From Styela clava (Eukaryota): 64,000 nucleotides of DNA. A program made the position numbers and the translations under genes. This document shows, one piece after another, positions 41,101 through 54,366 of this stretch (its first letter is position 1; each line of letters begins with the position of its first letter). The notes under the pieces were generated by a model. That model had not been told where the DNA came from. It saw only the letters and a list, made by a program, of their open reading frames with translations, and made no database searches. The stretch covers positions 10,726,001-10,790,000 of the forward strand of contig NC_135254.1 in assembly GCF_964204865.1 (NCBI RefSeq), written 5' to 3'.

Positions 41101-41880
41101 GAATGCCATCACTTTATAACGTGATTACTCGAGAATGAAAAACTATCATTCAATATAGCTGTGTATAAATTTGACATTGAGTTCAAGCTACACTACAGTA
41201 AAAAATTGCAGATAAAATAAACAACCACGACGACAAGAAAATCATAAAATGTACACGTTAAATATTTAGCTACTTCATACCTCATTGCGACTGCCAGCGC
41301 ATGCATCGGGTCCTGTTCGCGGAGAATTAATGCATGTGCGATTTCTCAATTTGATTATGGTTGAGCAGTTACATTCACTCCAAGAAGACCAGGTTCCCCA
41401 GTATTTACCTATATTGGAACTGTTATTTTTTTATAAATGCAATCAGCTAGATAGTAATATATATAGATATACAAAGGGGGTTTTCAGCAAAGTTCTAACT
41501 TTCTAACAAACTTTTTTGCAAAATGTTCTCGAATCTTCATAAGATCCTGAACTACCACCTGTTGAAACATAGTATTCATAACTCCCATTAGGAAACCAAA
41601 TTCCTCGATCTGTTTCACAAAAGAAATATCAAATAATAGAATAACGAGAATATCGGTCGGAGACCGAAGACTTATCCGTTGAAAGTTAGGGGATCCCCCC
41701 AAACAGCGATCTTACTCCACAGTGACACTTTGTGTCCCGTCACTAAATATTTAATAACTTGCTAATTATACTACATAATTTGCCCAAAATCAATAGGCTT
41801 CTGGTCCGAGATATGATAAACGTACAAGCAAAATCTGAAGCAGATTTAATCTCGCTTTCGTTAGATATCGCGTGCATCTA

Positions 41881-41949
<69 letters not shown>

Positions 41950-42987
41950 TACCTATCAACATACTTACCGATTAAAATCGATAAGTAATGACAGTATCTC
42001 GAAAAATGCGCAGTGAAAATGCGTGAGCTAGTGAAAACATTTGAAAAATAATTAAAAAAAATACGTTGGCTTTGGGGTGACTTATATGGGAGCGAATAAC
42101 AGAGCCCATTGTTCATATCTTATCTCTTTTTCCCGACAATTACGATAAGTGTCGAGTTTGATGGAAAATGAAGACGTAACAATCTAATTTTAAAATGGGT
42201 TTTTCATTCTCACCTTGTGGATTCGGAGCTGTGGTCAATAACAACATAGTTGCATTGCAGGAAGCGGATGGCGTGCATATCTAAAATCAACGTTCAATTT
42301 GTTCAATCGTGAATGTAGGTGTTTTAACCAAACTAAATTTAAGTCAAAAATTTAATATTTAATGTAGAATGATCAAAAAATGATTTTTCTCTGGCAATAA
42401 AATCCGAAATAGTTGGGTCCGGACTGAAGCGTTCGCAAGTCACATTCAAAATTGGATTATGGAAAGATTTTGAGATGTTAATCAATCTGTTTGAATTAGT
42501 AACAAAATACGACTAAACTGACTTGAATAAATTTACCTGGGTGGCAATTCTAGGTGTAGGTATTAATGTCGTCGATGAATTTGGGGACAAAAATCTACAA
42601 AACGGTTGCTATATAACGTAATTGAGTCTCAACATGGATATGTATGGAAATTTTTATTTTATTTTATTGGGAAGTTAGGTTTCAAACGACACACTAATCG
42701 ACATGCTAGGACCCTATAAAATCCTAATTTAAAATGTAATAAATATCAATACAGCCAGGTAATAAGCAAGCATTTCGAGCGGAAACACAATCATAATGAG
42801 TTATATACAGTGGTGGAATTCAGCCGGTTCGCAACGGTTCTATGGAACCGTCTCACGGAATTTTATGAGATCAGCTAACCGGTTAGCATTACTGGTTACT
42901 GTCAATGTTCTGTTTGTACCAGAACCGGCTGAAAAATATGACTTTTGTGAAGGAACTGGCTGAAAAAAAATTTGAATTTCATCACTG

Positions 42988-43029
<42 letters not shown>

Positions 43030-44906
43030 AAACAATTTTACTTCCGACTGTGATGCCGTATCGTTGCAAGCGTATGGACCAATTCTTCCGCTGTCAACAC
43101 AAGTTCGGTTACGCTGCCTCATTCCCGGGCATTCACAACTTCCCCAAGACTCCCATGATCCCCAATTCCAGCCTGCAGAAACATGTAGATTGAAATAATA
43201 GTTATATATTTCACAACCGAGTATTTCGAAGCAGTATGATATCAGTAAATTTAAATCAAGATGAACTGTTGATACAATATGAGCGGTAGAAAAAATAGCA
43301 TAACTGTGCAAAGTATAAATAGCGATGAGATGACATTATGAAAACTTTAAAACATTATCAAAATCTTTCCTGCACTCATAGCTAATCAAAAAAAGTTTTG
43401 TACTAAATATTTTAGATGAAATTCAGCTGACAGGTTTTTGGCGGTTTTATCGAAAACTGAGAATTCTTCTGACAGTAATTTAATGATATTGCGCAACTGC
43501 TTTCTTTAATAAACTTAATTTATCCAGTTTAATTTAAAACATCGGTCCCGGTTAACCCAATTCGCAATTTTTGGTAGGAGAATTTACTCAAAGAAAAGTC
43601 AATCGCAATCACTCGAAAAATGTAAACTAGTGTCTGATTAAAATGCGGGCAGTCGCAGAGATGCCAAGTCCTACTGAAATCAAACGGTATTTTGATGGTG
43701 CAATAAGCAACAGCGAATACCTGATGATGTGATACTTTAAGGACTTTAAATCAATGCTATAATAAACTACGAGGCAGTAAACATGGCATGAATAAAATTT
43801 ACTAAATTGGAGTCAATGTCATTAAAATATATAAATATTTATTTGTATAAAGAAATAGGAAATGAGTGGCAAATTTAGTATACAATAATTACAAACGAAA
43901 TTTTTTACCGATTACTCGTTGACAGACAAATCCAGTTGGCGAATTAGCAGCGCAATTGACGTCATACCACGGTAGATTTAAAAAATAAGCGTTAAACCGC
44001 CCCATAGCAACACAAGGTTCAGGTTTATCACTAGACGGTTCTCCTGAGTTCCAGTTAGTGTAAGTTAGTTCCGAATTGTCATTCCATATGAAGGTATCGT
44101 TTGTGCCAACTTCCTTTAATCCAATATAAAATCCATAGGGTTGTCCTGTAGACAATAAAATGCTTTGTAGCAGAATTTGCTAAATTGAGCAGTAAAAAGC
44201 ATTAATGACGTGTGTGTTGCTACATTGATGAAATATTATCCTCCCTCCTCCTTCCTCCTGGTTCGACACATAAATTGATGCGGCATATGATAGGGGTCCG
44301 ACAAAACCACGATTCACAAATAGGGGTACGCGACTTAAAAAGTTTGGGAAACCCTGCTTCAGATTAATGTAAAGTTATGTAAGGTTGTATGTAAACATGG
44401 CTGGTTAGGACTGTTGTACATAATTGAAAACAGGTGCAAATATGTAATAAATGACGAATTAAAAATTCTCAAACAAACTTATTGAGAATTCTAACCCAAA
44501 TCACGAAACGCATGAACAAAGATAAAGACCATAATGTTAAATAACCATAAGCAATTTCATTTCGGGATTTGGGGTAAAACGTGAAACGTCCTGTTTACCT
44601 GAGGTACCTGAGACTTGATTCTGAATAAATGTTTGAATCTCGATCGTTTTTATCATTGCCATCTCACCATCATTGTTTTTACAGAATGTTTCACCATCAG
44701 CATATGGTTTTATATCATTTTCTCCAGATACGTAGTATTGGTAACTTCCAAATGCATTCCACTCACCTCTATCTTGTCGTAAAATAAAGAGTTTATGAAT
44801 AAGCACATAATTTGAAAGACGTGATATATAATATATACCAACCTGCGTTAACGACAGCAATCATCCAAGCAAATAATTCAGTGTATATCAAAAGTTTCTC
44901 ATTCAT
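38126..44906 (-). CDS. Receptor I2: SP-CTLD-TSP1-linker-TSP1-long mucin-TM with tail truncated before the ITIMs (~682 aa); decoy or pseudogene
   Basis: Exons 44906-44843, 44772-44599, 44145-43909, 43172-43042, 42280-42214, 41408-41281, 40830-40005, 39220-39070, 38950-38853, 38298-38126 (premature TAG). The model requires skipping a broken CTLD exon starting at 41609. Remnant tail sequence continues to 37813. Confidence 0.65.
41881..41947. repeat. (ACAG)n microsatellite inside an intronic insertion (~41658-41987)
   Basis: About 16 perfect units; the surrounding insert is absent from the paralogous intron near 12005. Confidence 0.95.
42808..42987. mobile_element. hAT-type MITE followed by a (TA)n microsatellite (42990-43026)
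   Basis: TIR cagtggtggaattca / tgaatttcatcactg; near-perfect 8-bp TSD gttatata/attatata. Confidence 0.8.
44171..44356. mobile_element. hAT-type MITE, same insertion as 24176-24371
   Basis: Same sequence and same intron position as in I1. Confidence 0.75.
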
Positions 44907-47324
44907 TTCCGCGGCTAAATATATAACATTTCTAACTTTCCCCATAACATTACAATTTGAATACGAAAATTGAAATAAAACAAGAATGGTGTGTATTTGC
45001 GAGCTGCGAACGCTTTCATCTTTCTCTTTAATAAAAAATGAGAATATTTGAATAAGTGTTTGGTTAGGTTTGAAAACTAACAACAAATTTGTCTATATAC
45101 CGTGACTTAACGCCCTGATTGTGAATGCAGCTTTGTTTAATTCAGCAGAGAATCCTGTGGAAAACTAACGTCATAAACTTTTCATGACAACATTAAAACA
45201 TCAAAAGCTATGACCTATTAGATAACACTACTAAATTTCTTCCAAAGCTAATAATACAACTTTATGCAATACTTATGAATGGGTGATTTGTTTGCCCACA
45301 ATAACATTGAATATAATTATTCGAAAATCTTCGATACTATTTTGAGTACACTGCGACTAATTATCAAATTTCTATCCACATTACTTTCAGTATCAGAAGA
45401 ATGATGCAGCTGAAACCTTAATTCGACTCGCCAGGATGAAATCATAAGCAATATGATATAACATTTGTTAGATCAGTCAGTTAGATCTGACAGTTCTTAT
45501 CTTACAATAACTAAGTCTAATATGAGTAATAAAGGTAATATTTTTATAAATGCAAAAATAAATAACATTTTTGTGGGGGACAGAATGAAACTTCCTATTA
45601 CGAGTGGGATGTTTCAATAACCTTTAAAGAAAAGATTAACGACGAATATGCTTCAGAAGACGAAACCTATTACAAAGCTACTTAGCAATGTTATAGCATT
45701 ATTCAGTCACTTATGTTCGTGTTATATATTGAGCAAAGCTTATTCATATAGAAACATCGTGGCATATTAAAAACTGATAACACGCAGATATCGTATTGTG
45801 GAAAATTAACAGGGTTGGCCTAATACTATTTATTGGAATTTCTACGCAACAATTAGTTAATATTCTGAAAATACCTGAATTATATTTTATTATACGAAAT
45901 GTTTCGAATATTGGCCAAATTGTTTTCATATGATATTCTTGATTCTGGTTTCACCAATCAAATCCATTTATTCGCCTATGTTGAAAATAATATTTTTTCA
46001 TCGTCTGTTCGTCTTTGTAGTATATGACTAGGAACTCACAAAATAAATAATATTTATTTCACTACTGACACATATAAACACTTGAATGAATGAATGAATG
46101 AATGAATGAATAGCTTGTTTGCTACATTGATTGGCTCATTAATTGCGCTTTGACTTCTACTGCAGTAGCCACGATAACCATTACTATGGCCTTCTTACTA
46201 AGGAAATGCATGTCGAGAAAACAACAACGAAGAATATGATTAATCTAAGCAGGACGAAGATGGAAATGACACGTACCACAACTATTAGAATAATACATGA
46301 ATATCATGACAACTTTATAAGCAAAGCCAAGTAAAGCGATGAATATTGTGGGCTATACTAGAGTTTTAACCAAATAGATGTATAGTAATCTCTTGTGACC
46401 GACTGCTGTGCTATCGTAAATAGCAGAAGGATTATTGAACCATTATTAAAGATACATTATTTGATATTTGTAGAAAAACTATTCATTCATAAAATATTAA
46501 ATTCATGAGTTCAAATCAATTGCGTTTTGTGGAACAAAAAAAAATATTCATAAAATTCCGAAATTTGTGTTGAAATAAATGAACGATTGTTGGTAAATGA
46601 GATGAATTCAGGTTTTAAGTTACAGAACAAAAAAAATTAAATTATATTTAACAACATGATTTCTCGAATATCATTTTTTTCCTAAGAGGTGTAATTAGAC
46701 ACTTTTATTTTCCATTGCAGAAATGAGTGTAACATTACGATGATGACTTGTGCAACAAACACTATTTTCTGAAAGTAGAAGTGTGAGCTACATATTTAGT
46801 GACGACTTGTGTTTATTTGGTATGTGTATGTGATTCGTTCAATCTATTCGAATTTGAGCCAGTTTTGGGGAAAGTTTAACGAAATTTGATTCCAAATTCA
46901 AGATTATATATCGTGAACTGTATTTTAGAGATACACTAAAATAACTGTTAACGTTCTGGCATTTGCGAAAATGATTCACTGGAATAATTAGTCATAAAAA
47001 CGAACCTTGGTGATCCTCTCGCATTTAATTGATCATAGTATAGTTAAATCTGTATTCAATTTGCATTTGTTCGTTTATCATTGCATCTTAGCCACCTGTG
47101 CTGTATATTTGGAAAATATGAGCATTTCGCACTGTGACTAAATATCCTCAAGTATTTATCAATTCTTTGAAACAAGTTTCTTTAAAATGTTTTGGTATTT
47201 TTATTATTCATTTTGTTTACAGAGCGTTTAACGTTTTTCAGAGCTAATCATTTTTACTGCTAGTTACATCCGCAAAGCATTACAATCTATATTTGAATTT
47301 TGTCAGTTTATATGATTCAGAAGA

Positions 47325-50300
47325 ATGAGAATCGAAACAATATTTTTGTTGGTTCTTCTTCAATACCCGAGGCATCTGAACGCAGCAGGTACTATTTCAT
47401 TGTTATGACTTTGTTTTAGAAAACTTACTGAAAACAAGGTTACTCATACAGGTATAAGGGAGATTGATCTGAACAAAGATTTTGAGTTGGTAAATACCGA
47501 TCGGCACTAAGCTTAAAAATTGTTCATATCAATACAATCAGTAAAAGATGTGTGAGGTATTGAATTCCATATACATGGAGTTTTTGGAATGAACTTAGGA
47601 ATTATAGATACACTAACAGTAAACCGATGAGAGCTCGCAGTCAGTTGTATTTAACGGCTGAAAACTTTTTAGGGGGACAATATTCACATTTTTGAACATT
47701 TGGTAAGCGGTAACAACGGTTACCTGACAATATGAAATGGTAAATTTTGTTTAGATAATATAGGATTACATTACGTTATGTCTCAAATATTAATTTATTT
47801 TGCCAGAATGTCGGGAAACGCCCATGGATCTTGTATTTATGCTGGATGGATCGGGTTCTATCACAAATGTGAATTGGGAGCTTATGAAGTCATGGGTCAA
47901 GTTGGTAGCAGAAAATTATGACTTAGGCGGATTAACACAGATTGGCGTCGTTCAGTTCTCACACTGGTTTTCAAATGAGAAGTAAGCTATAGAAAGAGAT
48001 TTCATTTTATTTAATTAGATTTTAAGTCGCATTTATAAATAATTTATTTAAATTATTTGAAAGCAGCTGCTCTATTAGTCAAGATCAAATTGCCTAGAAA
48101 CAGCTGCCATGACATGTATTTGGCTTAACTTTGTGGCGAAGAATGATTTCTTCTTAAGCGTCAAATGAGATCATCATGATCACCATAGTTGTCAAAATTA
48201 TGTCAACAGTGTTTTAGCTCTGTTGTGTATTTTAGTGCTTTATTAAAAACTAACAAGGAATTAGTTTTGATCGTTTTCCACTTTGTTCCACTTCGCTGCG
48301 AGTGTTTTTACGAATTTTATCTGGGTACAGTAAGACTAAGATACATTCTTCTAAAATCATTTTCCGCGTTTGTTTGTATTTTCAAATTCATTGTTATTCA
48401 ATAAAAAAAATTCGATAAAATAGTTTTCATTTTCTTTTCATAGCACACAGCCATATTTAAAAACTGAAATTCAGCTAGGAAAACTGAAGACCAAAGCCCA
48501 ATTGAAGGTAAAATATTCATCAAGGGTTGAGCAGTCGAGACTGGTACCGTCACGGTAAGATCAGACAGTTCTTGCTGATGAGGTATCGAACATGGCGGAA
48601 TAAAAAGTATTCCTCTCTAATTAAAATACAATAGTAAACTTTCGAGATAATCATTTGGTTCTATATTTTGAAAAAAAAAATTCCTTTCGTAACAACAAAA
48701 AAAACAAAACCCAAAATTTAGCATATTTTAGATTCACATGTACAATAAACGCAGTTGCAAAACAAAGCTAGTGAGATGGTGGGGTCACGTTCTACGCGAA
48801 AAAGAACTAAAGTCATATTTGTCGTATGAATTGTCTTATTTAACGATTTGTTCACAAAATTGTGATACCTTCAGAATTCAAAATGCAATTAGCTTTAAAT
48901 TAATAACTGAGTATTCATTAGGCCGCTGTTGACGAAATATCAATTCATGGGTTCACAACTTACACTGCACATGCTATCAACAAAACAGTGAACGAAGATT
49001 TCATGAGATCTGATCGTTTTTATGATGCTTCAGTGAAGAAAGTCATTATTTTATTTACAGATGGAAGGTAATCTTGTCTAAACAATGTCTGAATACACGC
49101 AAAATGCACCTTTGAATCGTATCGTTAACTGTAGTTAATGTTTTTGTTATTATTGTTAATGTTCACGGTTCATGTAATGGTAGTTAGCAGAGTTCTTTTG
49201 ATATATCCGTATATTTAGCCCCTTTGTTTTTCAACTTGGGTTTCTGCGCGATATATATTATTTTTACACCATCAAGATATTAGTTGTTGAAACTCTAAAT
49301 AAATTTTATTTCAAAGCTGATTACTACTTTATTATTTACCAAATTATTCTAATCTTAGACATCCAAAAATTAAGAAGTAGTATAAAACCGTTTTTGTTTT
49401 GCTCGATTTATTGAAGGTATGCTCGTGTAACAAGTCTTAAATAGGTGTGTAGATTGTAGATGGTTATAGATAATTTTTTATATCTTTTGAAGATCTACCG
49501 ACAGAAATGATTTGCTTTTGTCAGCAAAATATGCTCGGTCAAATGGGATTACTATATTTGCAGTTGGTGCTGGAGGTTATGTAATGGAGGAATTACAGGT
49601 AATCTGAAAAGTTGTAACAAATTGAAATAAGAGAATTTTTATGCATCAATATGGTATAGCTTTTCTATCTTTTGTCTAATCATTATATGTCTGTGTATTA
49701 AAGATTGTTAATCAACAAGACTGAGAAAGTATAACCAAATTAGTTATCAGGATAAAACTCTTTTTGACTGAGATTGATAAGTAACAATGTGGGCTACTGT
49801 AGTTGTTTAAATGTTCTTTCTATTTGGGCATCTGGAGTGAGACCAGCTTCTTTTCTGTTTCTTATATCTGGGATTGGCAAAAAATATTTCATTCAAATAA
49901 TATATTTTATTAAATAATTAGGCATGTTGCACGGAGAAATGACGTATCGCGGGAGCTCGAGCTGATATGCGACTGGCGACGTTCCATTTAATCGCCCAGG
50001 ATCTCCGCTGATACATTAGGCCCGTTCTCCAGAAAAACGTTAAGCCATGCATGCAAAATTGCAGATCAATAACGGCAGTGTATTGCGGAACTGCCAGTTT
50101 ATTTGGACGCTGCGCGGCTCTTCAACATCTCAGCTTGTGCGATTTTCTGTGGCTAATTGTCAAAACATGTTCACTTGAATTCCTAACTTTCAAAGTTTCC
50201 CCAGTTGTGGAATATCGAAGTTAGTTTACGAGAAAATCACCTGGAGCAACATCCAACAAATCGATACATCCATACGTTTGATATCAGAGCATTTTGTTTC

Positions 50301-52393
50301 CTTATTGCAAACGATTGCGGGAGTGCTACCATAATACACTGCATTTGATGAACGATCGTTTGCAATGAATTTTCTTTTTACTTATTATATGGAATATTTA
50401 CTAGTGACGCTCTGATTCGAGTCTTTTGCCACCATTCACGTTTTGCCTGTGCTTGAACTTATTTGAATAAACAGAGCTAGGATTGTGGGCATGGACGTGC
50501 CAAACTTTACTGCTGTCCAGAATGAGGTTATGATAATGATGTCCTCCAACTTCAAAAATAATTCGGGGGATAAACAAGTTAAAGCTGTTGCTATACATGA
50601 GAATGAATAAATTAAAGGTCACGTATGAGGGGAATGTTTGTAAAATTGTGATATATCACTTAATGACCAGACGAGCAAAACGGCGGTCATCCATTGCTGA
50701 TTCATCACAATCAGTTTCACAAATCTATACACGTCATGTCATCTTTTACTTGAATAAAACACATAGAGAAAAATGTGTGATATCGTGAACTCTACAGCTT
50801 GGATTTGCTGCCCGCTCATCCGCTGGCCCGCCTCAGAGTGAGGATGAAATTCACTTAGTCTAAGTTGAATTAAATGTTTCAAGCATGGTCTCTACTGGCA
50901 CAATAAACCACTTCTCAAATATCTCAATACCTGTATCTTAAAAAAACAGAATCGAGCTATGTTCATCTATAGATCATAGTTGAATTATACTCGATGAAAC
51001 TTGAACTCGACCTCGGCAAAAACAACTTTGTGTTGGCATGTAATAAGACTCCGGCATCCCTTTTAATTTAGCATTCACTGGTATCATTGTCTTCATTACG
51101 ATTTTAATATTCATAGTTGTAGCAAATTTTATTTATGTCTTTGTGTTCACGTTTAACGACATAGTTGAATTGGGATCATATGAGTAGGAAGTATCAAATA
51201 AAACGATAACAAAAATATTTTTTTAGTAACGAACAAGACCTAACCTTGTATAGCTTTGCTACATCGGATGTTTAAACCGAAAAATATTAAAAAGTTACCA
51301 CGATAAGTTGTGATTGAAAAAGCAGATTGGGACAGTCGTAAAATGCAACAAGTTTAACCTAACTGACGGATAAATTTCATATACTTTTATTTACAGATTA
51401 TTGCAAATGGCCAGATCAATAACAATGAACGAGTGATTACAGTTTCAAATTTTACTAGGCTGAATACTACAGTAGATATTTTAAAGCAAGGTATATGCGC
51501 TATCCAAGGTAATGTTGATATTAATAGTCAGTATTTATTGAAGCTGCTACGATATGTTAGTAGCATGTAATTTCGAACTACGTTTTCAAAATATTACTAT
51601 ACCTATAATAATTAAATGTTCCCCATCTCGACGTCATAAGCCGAAATGATATTCGATTTTTTTTTTGTTAGAATCAGTGGATTATAAGATGAGATGCTTT
51701 TTGCAGGCTACCACAACACAATCAACGATTGAAATTTATTTTCTCGTTTTCGAAAAGCATTTCGTTCAATGCGCATAGCTAATAATAACTCATTTCCTAC
51801 AGATTTTATAGCATATAATATAGAAATTTACATTCATCAAAAGGTATAACAGCTAAAATGTACAAACTAAAGAGGGAATTATATAAGATTCAAAAAAATA
51901 TTTATATTTGTTTATAGTTCCCTTCATAGTGTCTCGCTACACTTGCACAACCTCATCGCTAGAAGTTCAATGGAAAACAACTACATTTAAGTCGGTCTTC
52001 TCATACAGACTTCAAATTCAGGTTAAATTTATAAATACAATAAAAGTCATTTTATTGGTTTAAACACTTTCACTGTGCGTTATAACATGTAATTTTATGC
52101 TAAATATCACATTTATGTATTTAACTTATAAGGATCTCAAGACCAAAGAAATCAAGGAGACAAGCGTTCAATTACTCATGAAAAAGGAACCAACAATAAA
52201 AATTCACGAAGAAAACACATCTTCGGAGTTTGCTTGCGTCACTACGACAAATTTGTATATTTCAAGCAACTACGAAATCGTTGTTGAGCAAATATCGGCA
52301 AAAACAAACAATCAAATAAAAACCATATCCAAAGTTCTTCACAATGCAAATGGGAAGACTATTATGCGGTTAACGTTTCTTGACTTTGTCTAG
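47325..52393 (+). CDS. Secreted-type VWA (von Willebrand A, MIDAS) + FN3-like protein, ~343 aa; C-terminus uncertain
   Basis: Exons 47325-47388 (SP), 47807-47981 (DLVFMLDGSGSI...IGVVQFS), 48444-48507, 48922-49067 (TYTAHAI...KVIILFTDG), 49493-49598 (GITIFAVG), 51397-51508, 51918-52021 (TTSSLEVQW...YRLQI), 52133-52393 (L...NYEIVV). GT-AG, phases compatible, 1032 nt. Confidence 0.85.
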
Positions 52394-54366
52394 CTTATAT
52401 TCGGGATGTCAGACTTTTCAAAAGAAGATATTTTTTACACATACCAACTTAAAACACATGTAAATCTATATATGTGTGCGTATATTTTTCATTCAGTTCA
52501 AATAAACATATTAGGACAATCCATCTATTATATGCTGATATAGCCACCACCACATTCAGAGTATAATAAACTGGGTTAGGAATGCGGAACCGGAAATATT
52601 CTGGTCCACCAAGTTCTGTTCTTTATGCATTATTTACTACTTCCATGGTTTCTTATTTGGGGTGAAATGGTGAAGAACATTTCATAAAAATAATGCCAAC
52701 TGATTACAGCTCCAAAGTTGATTGGAATCCTGATTCAAAATGATAATACATTCAATTATTCAGGCTCTACTTGGGCATTTGATACTGGCAAGGAAAGCTA
52801 ACACTGCTTGACAACCCAATCAAACTCAGTTCAGGTGAATTAAACTGAATATTCTCTTCTTCATTCAGATTCCAGTTTTGTCAAATAAATTATCACCATG
52901 TAATGTAAATAGATTGAAATCATGTTTTTGAATTTATAAGGAAAATTTATAGAATTTTGTAATATTATTCGAGGACGCTTTCGAGGTCAATTTGCTTTGA
53001 TTCATTTTAATGAAATATTTACTATGCACACATTTTACACTTATATTAGTAAATCAAAAAAAAAATGAATGTAATAAATTTTGATCGTATTTAGTGATAA
53101 TATTTACTGCCTTGGAGAAATTACCATTATTTAAATGTTTAGTACAAGATTATATTATTTAGTTTATACTACTGTCGAATAACTTATTCTCGAACGTAAA
53201 GGCAGTCAGCTAACTAAAGAAAATCATTCGAGCACTATGTTTTTACGTTGTTACGTATGGTTGTTCTCTTTTGGTACGAGACTAAATCATTTAGTTTATA
53301 CTTTGCCGAATAACTTATTGCCCAAAGTAAGGGCAGTCAGCTAACTAAAGAAAATCATTCGAACATGTATGTTTTTACGTGGTGACGTATGTTTTACGTC
53401 ACAACTCACAGATACCGCAATCAATGTTATGCTACGGTTCACATCATGAGAAAGCGTTTACCAAGATTTTATATGTGATACTTGTTTAATTTGGAAAGAT
53501 CTAGTCTAGGTCATAATTGAACAAATACATTCAATTCGAATTATTAATTTAAGATTATATCGTTACAAACCTTATTTATATATAATCTGTTTGACTTATA
53601 TTCATAGTTTTGTACAAGACAAAAACAATAATGGACCATACAAGTATGTTCTGAATTTGGTTATATTTTAAAGTTTCTATAACGAACACTTGAACGAGTG
53701 TGAACTCATCACTTAGTCCTATAGCATTATAAAATAAGACGATTCCACCAAGCTTCAAATTATTGAATACCAATTATTGTAAGAAAAATGTCAGTGGCAC
53801 CTACAAACAAAAAAGAAACACACTTAAAAAAATATGTTACTAATTTAGAAGGAAACAGGATGGATGCTATCAGGGTAAAGCTTTCAACAAAATATGACTT
53901 GAAATTAACAATATTTGTTGAAAACACTTCAGAGTTAGACAATAGTGCTTGTGTACTTGCTTTCATTTATGGTAGGAAATAGAAAACCAAGGAATATCAC
54001 AATACATCCATAATACAATACATCAACTTCATTTATATTACGGGATTCTTAAAAAAGTGGCAAATGTATTGCAAAGAAACCATTACCAGCCTAGATCATG
54101 TTATGCCAGTTATACGAATCCAGATCCACAGTTGCCTTTATAATGAAAGATCCAAATTTTACATCTCCGATATGCAATGTTATTTTTGTTTCAATGAGTA
54201 TCAGCTAATACAAGCGCAGAAGTTCAAGAACAAGTAGTAATGGTTAAAATTACAATGCTTGTATGCGTTTCAGAATGTATAACAAGATTCACGACTAAAC
54301 AGGAGTGGCAATGGATGATTGCTATTTAAAATCAACATGTCAAGAATCATATTCATTTTTAGGCAT

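Larger units (their letters stand above)
14200..47455. repeat. Segmental tandem duplication of a unit [A-type 5' end, class-3 pseudogene, I-type receptor, VWA 5' end]
   Basis: 14.6-17.5 kb matches 30.5-34.2 kb; 18.46-21.97 kb matches 35.66-39.35 kb; 23.0-27.4 kb matches 43.0-47.45 kb. Also 1-5.9 kb matches 52.35-55.9 kb, and 44.6-50.5 kb matches 57.7-64 kb. Confidence 0.9.

Noticed and set aside
14200-47455. Duplicated units as purely uncollapsed haplotypes
   Set aside because: Four VWA copies and five receptor 5' ends with distinct insertions and deletions exceed two alleles. A local mis-join at the N gap cannot be excluded without long reads.
49920-50700. GC-richer intronic block shared with 63480-64000 as a nested gene
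   Set aside because: No conserved open frame or recognisable motif between the two copies. Probably an old transposon remnant.
52545-52690. Extra hydrophobic (TM/GPI) last exon for the VWA gene
   Set aside because: A candidate frame exists after gatatag, but the copies at ~213-353 and ~52543-52690 differ by indels and the donor is weak. Unsupported without transcripts.
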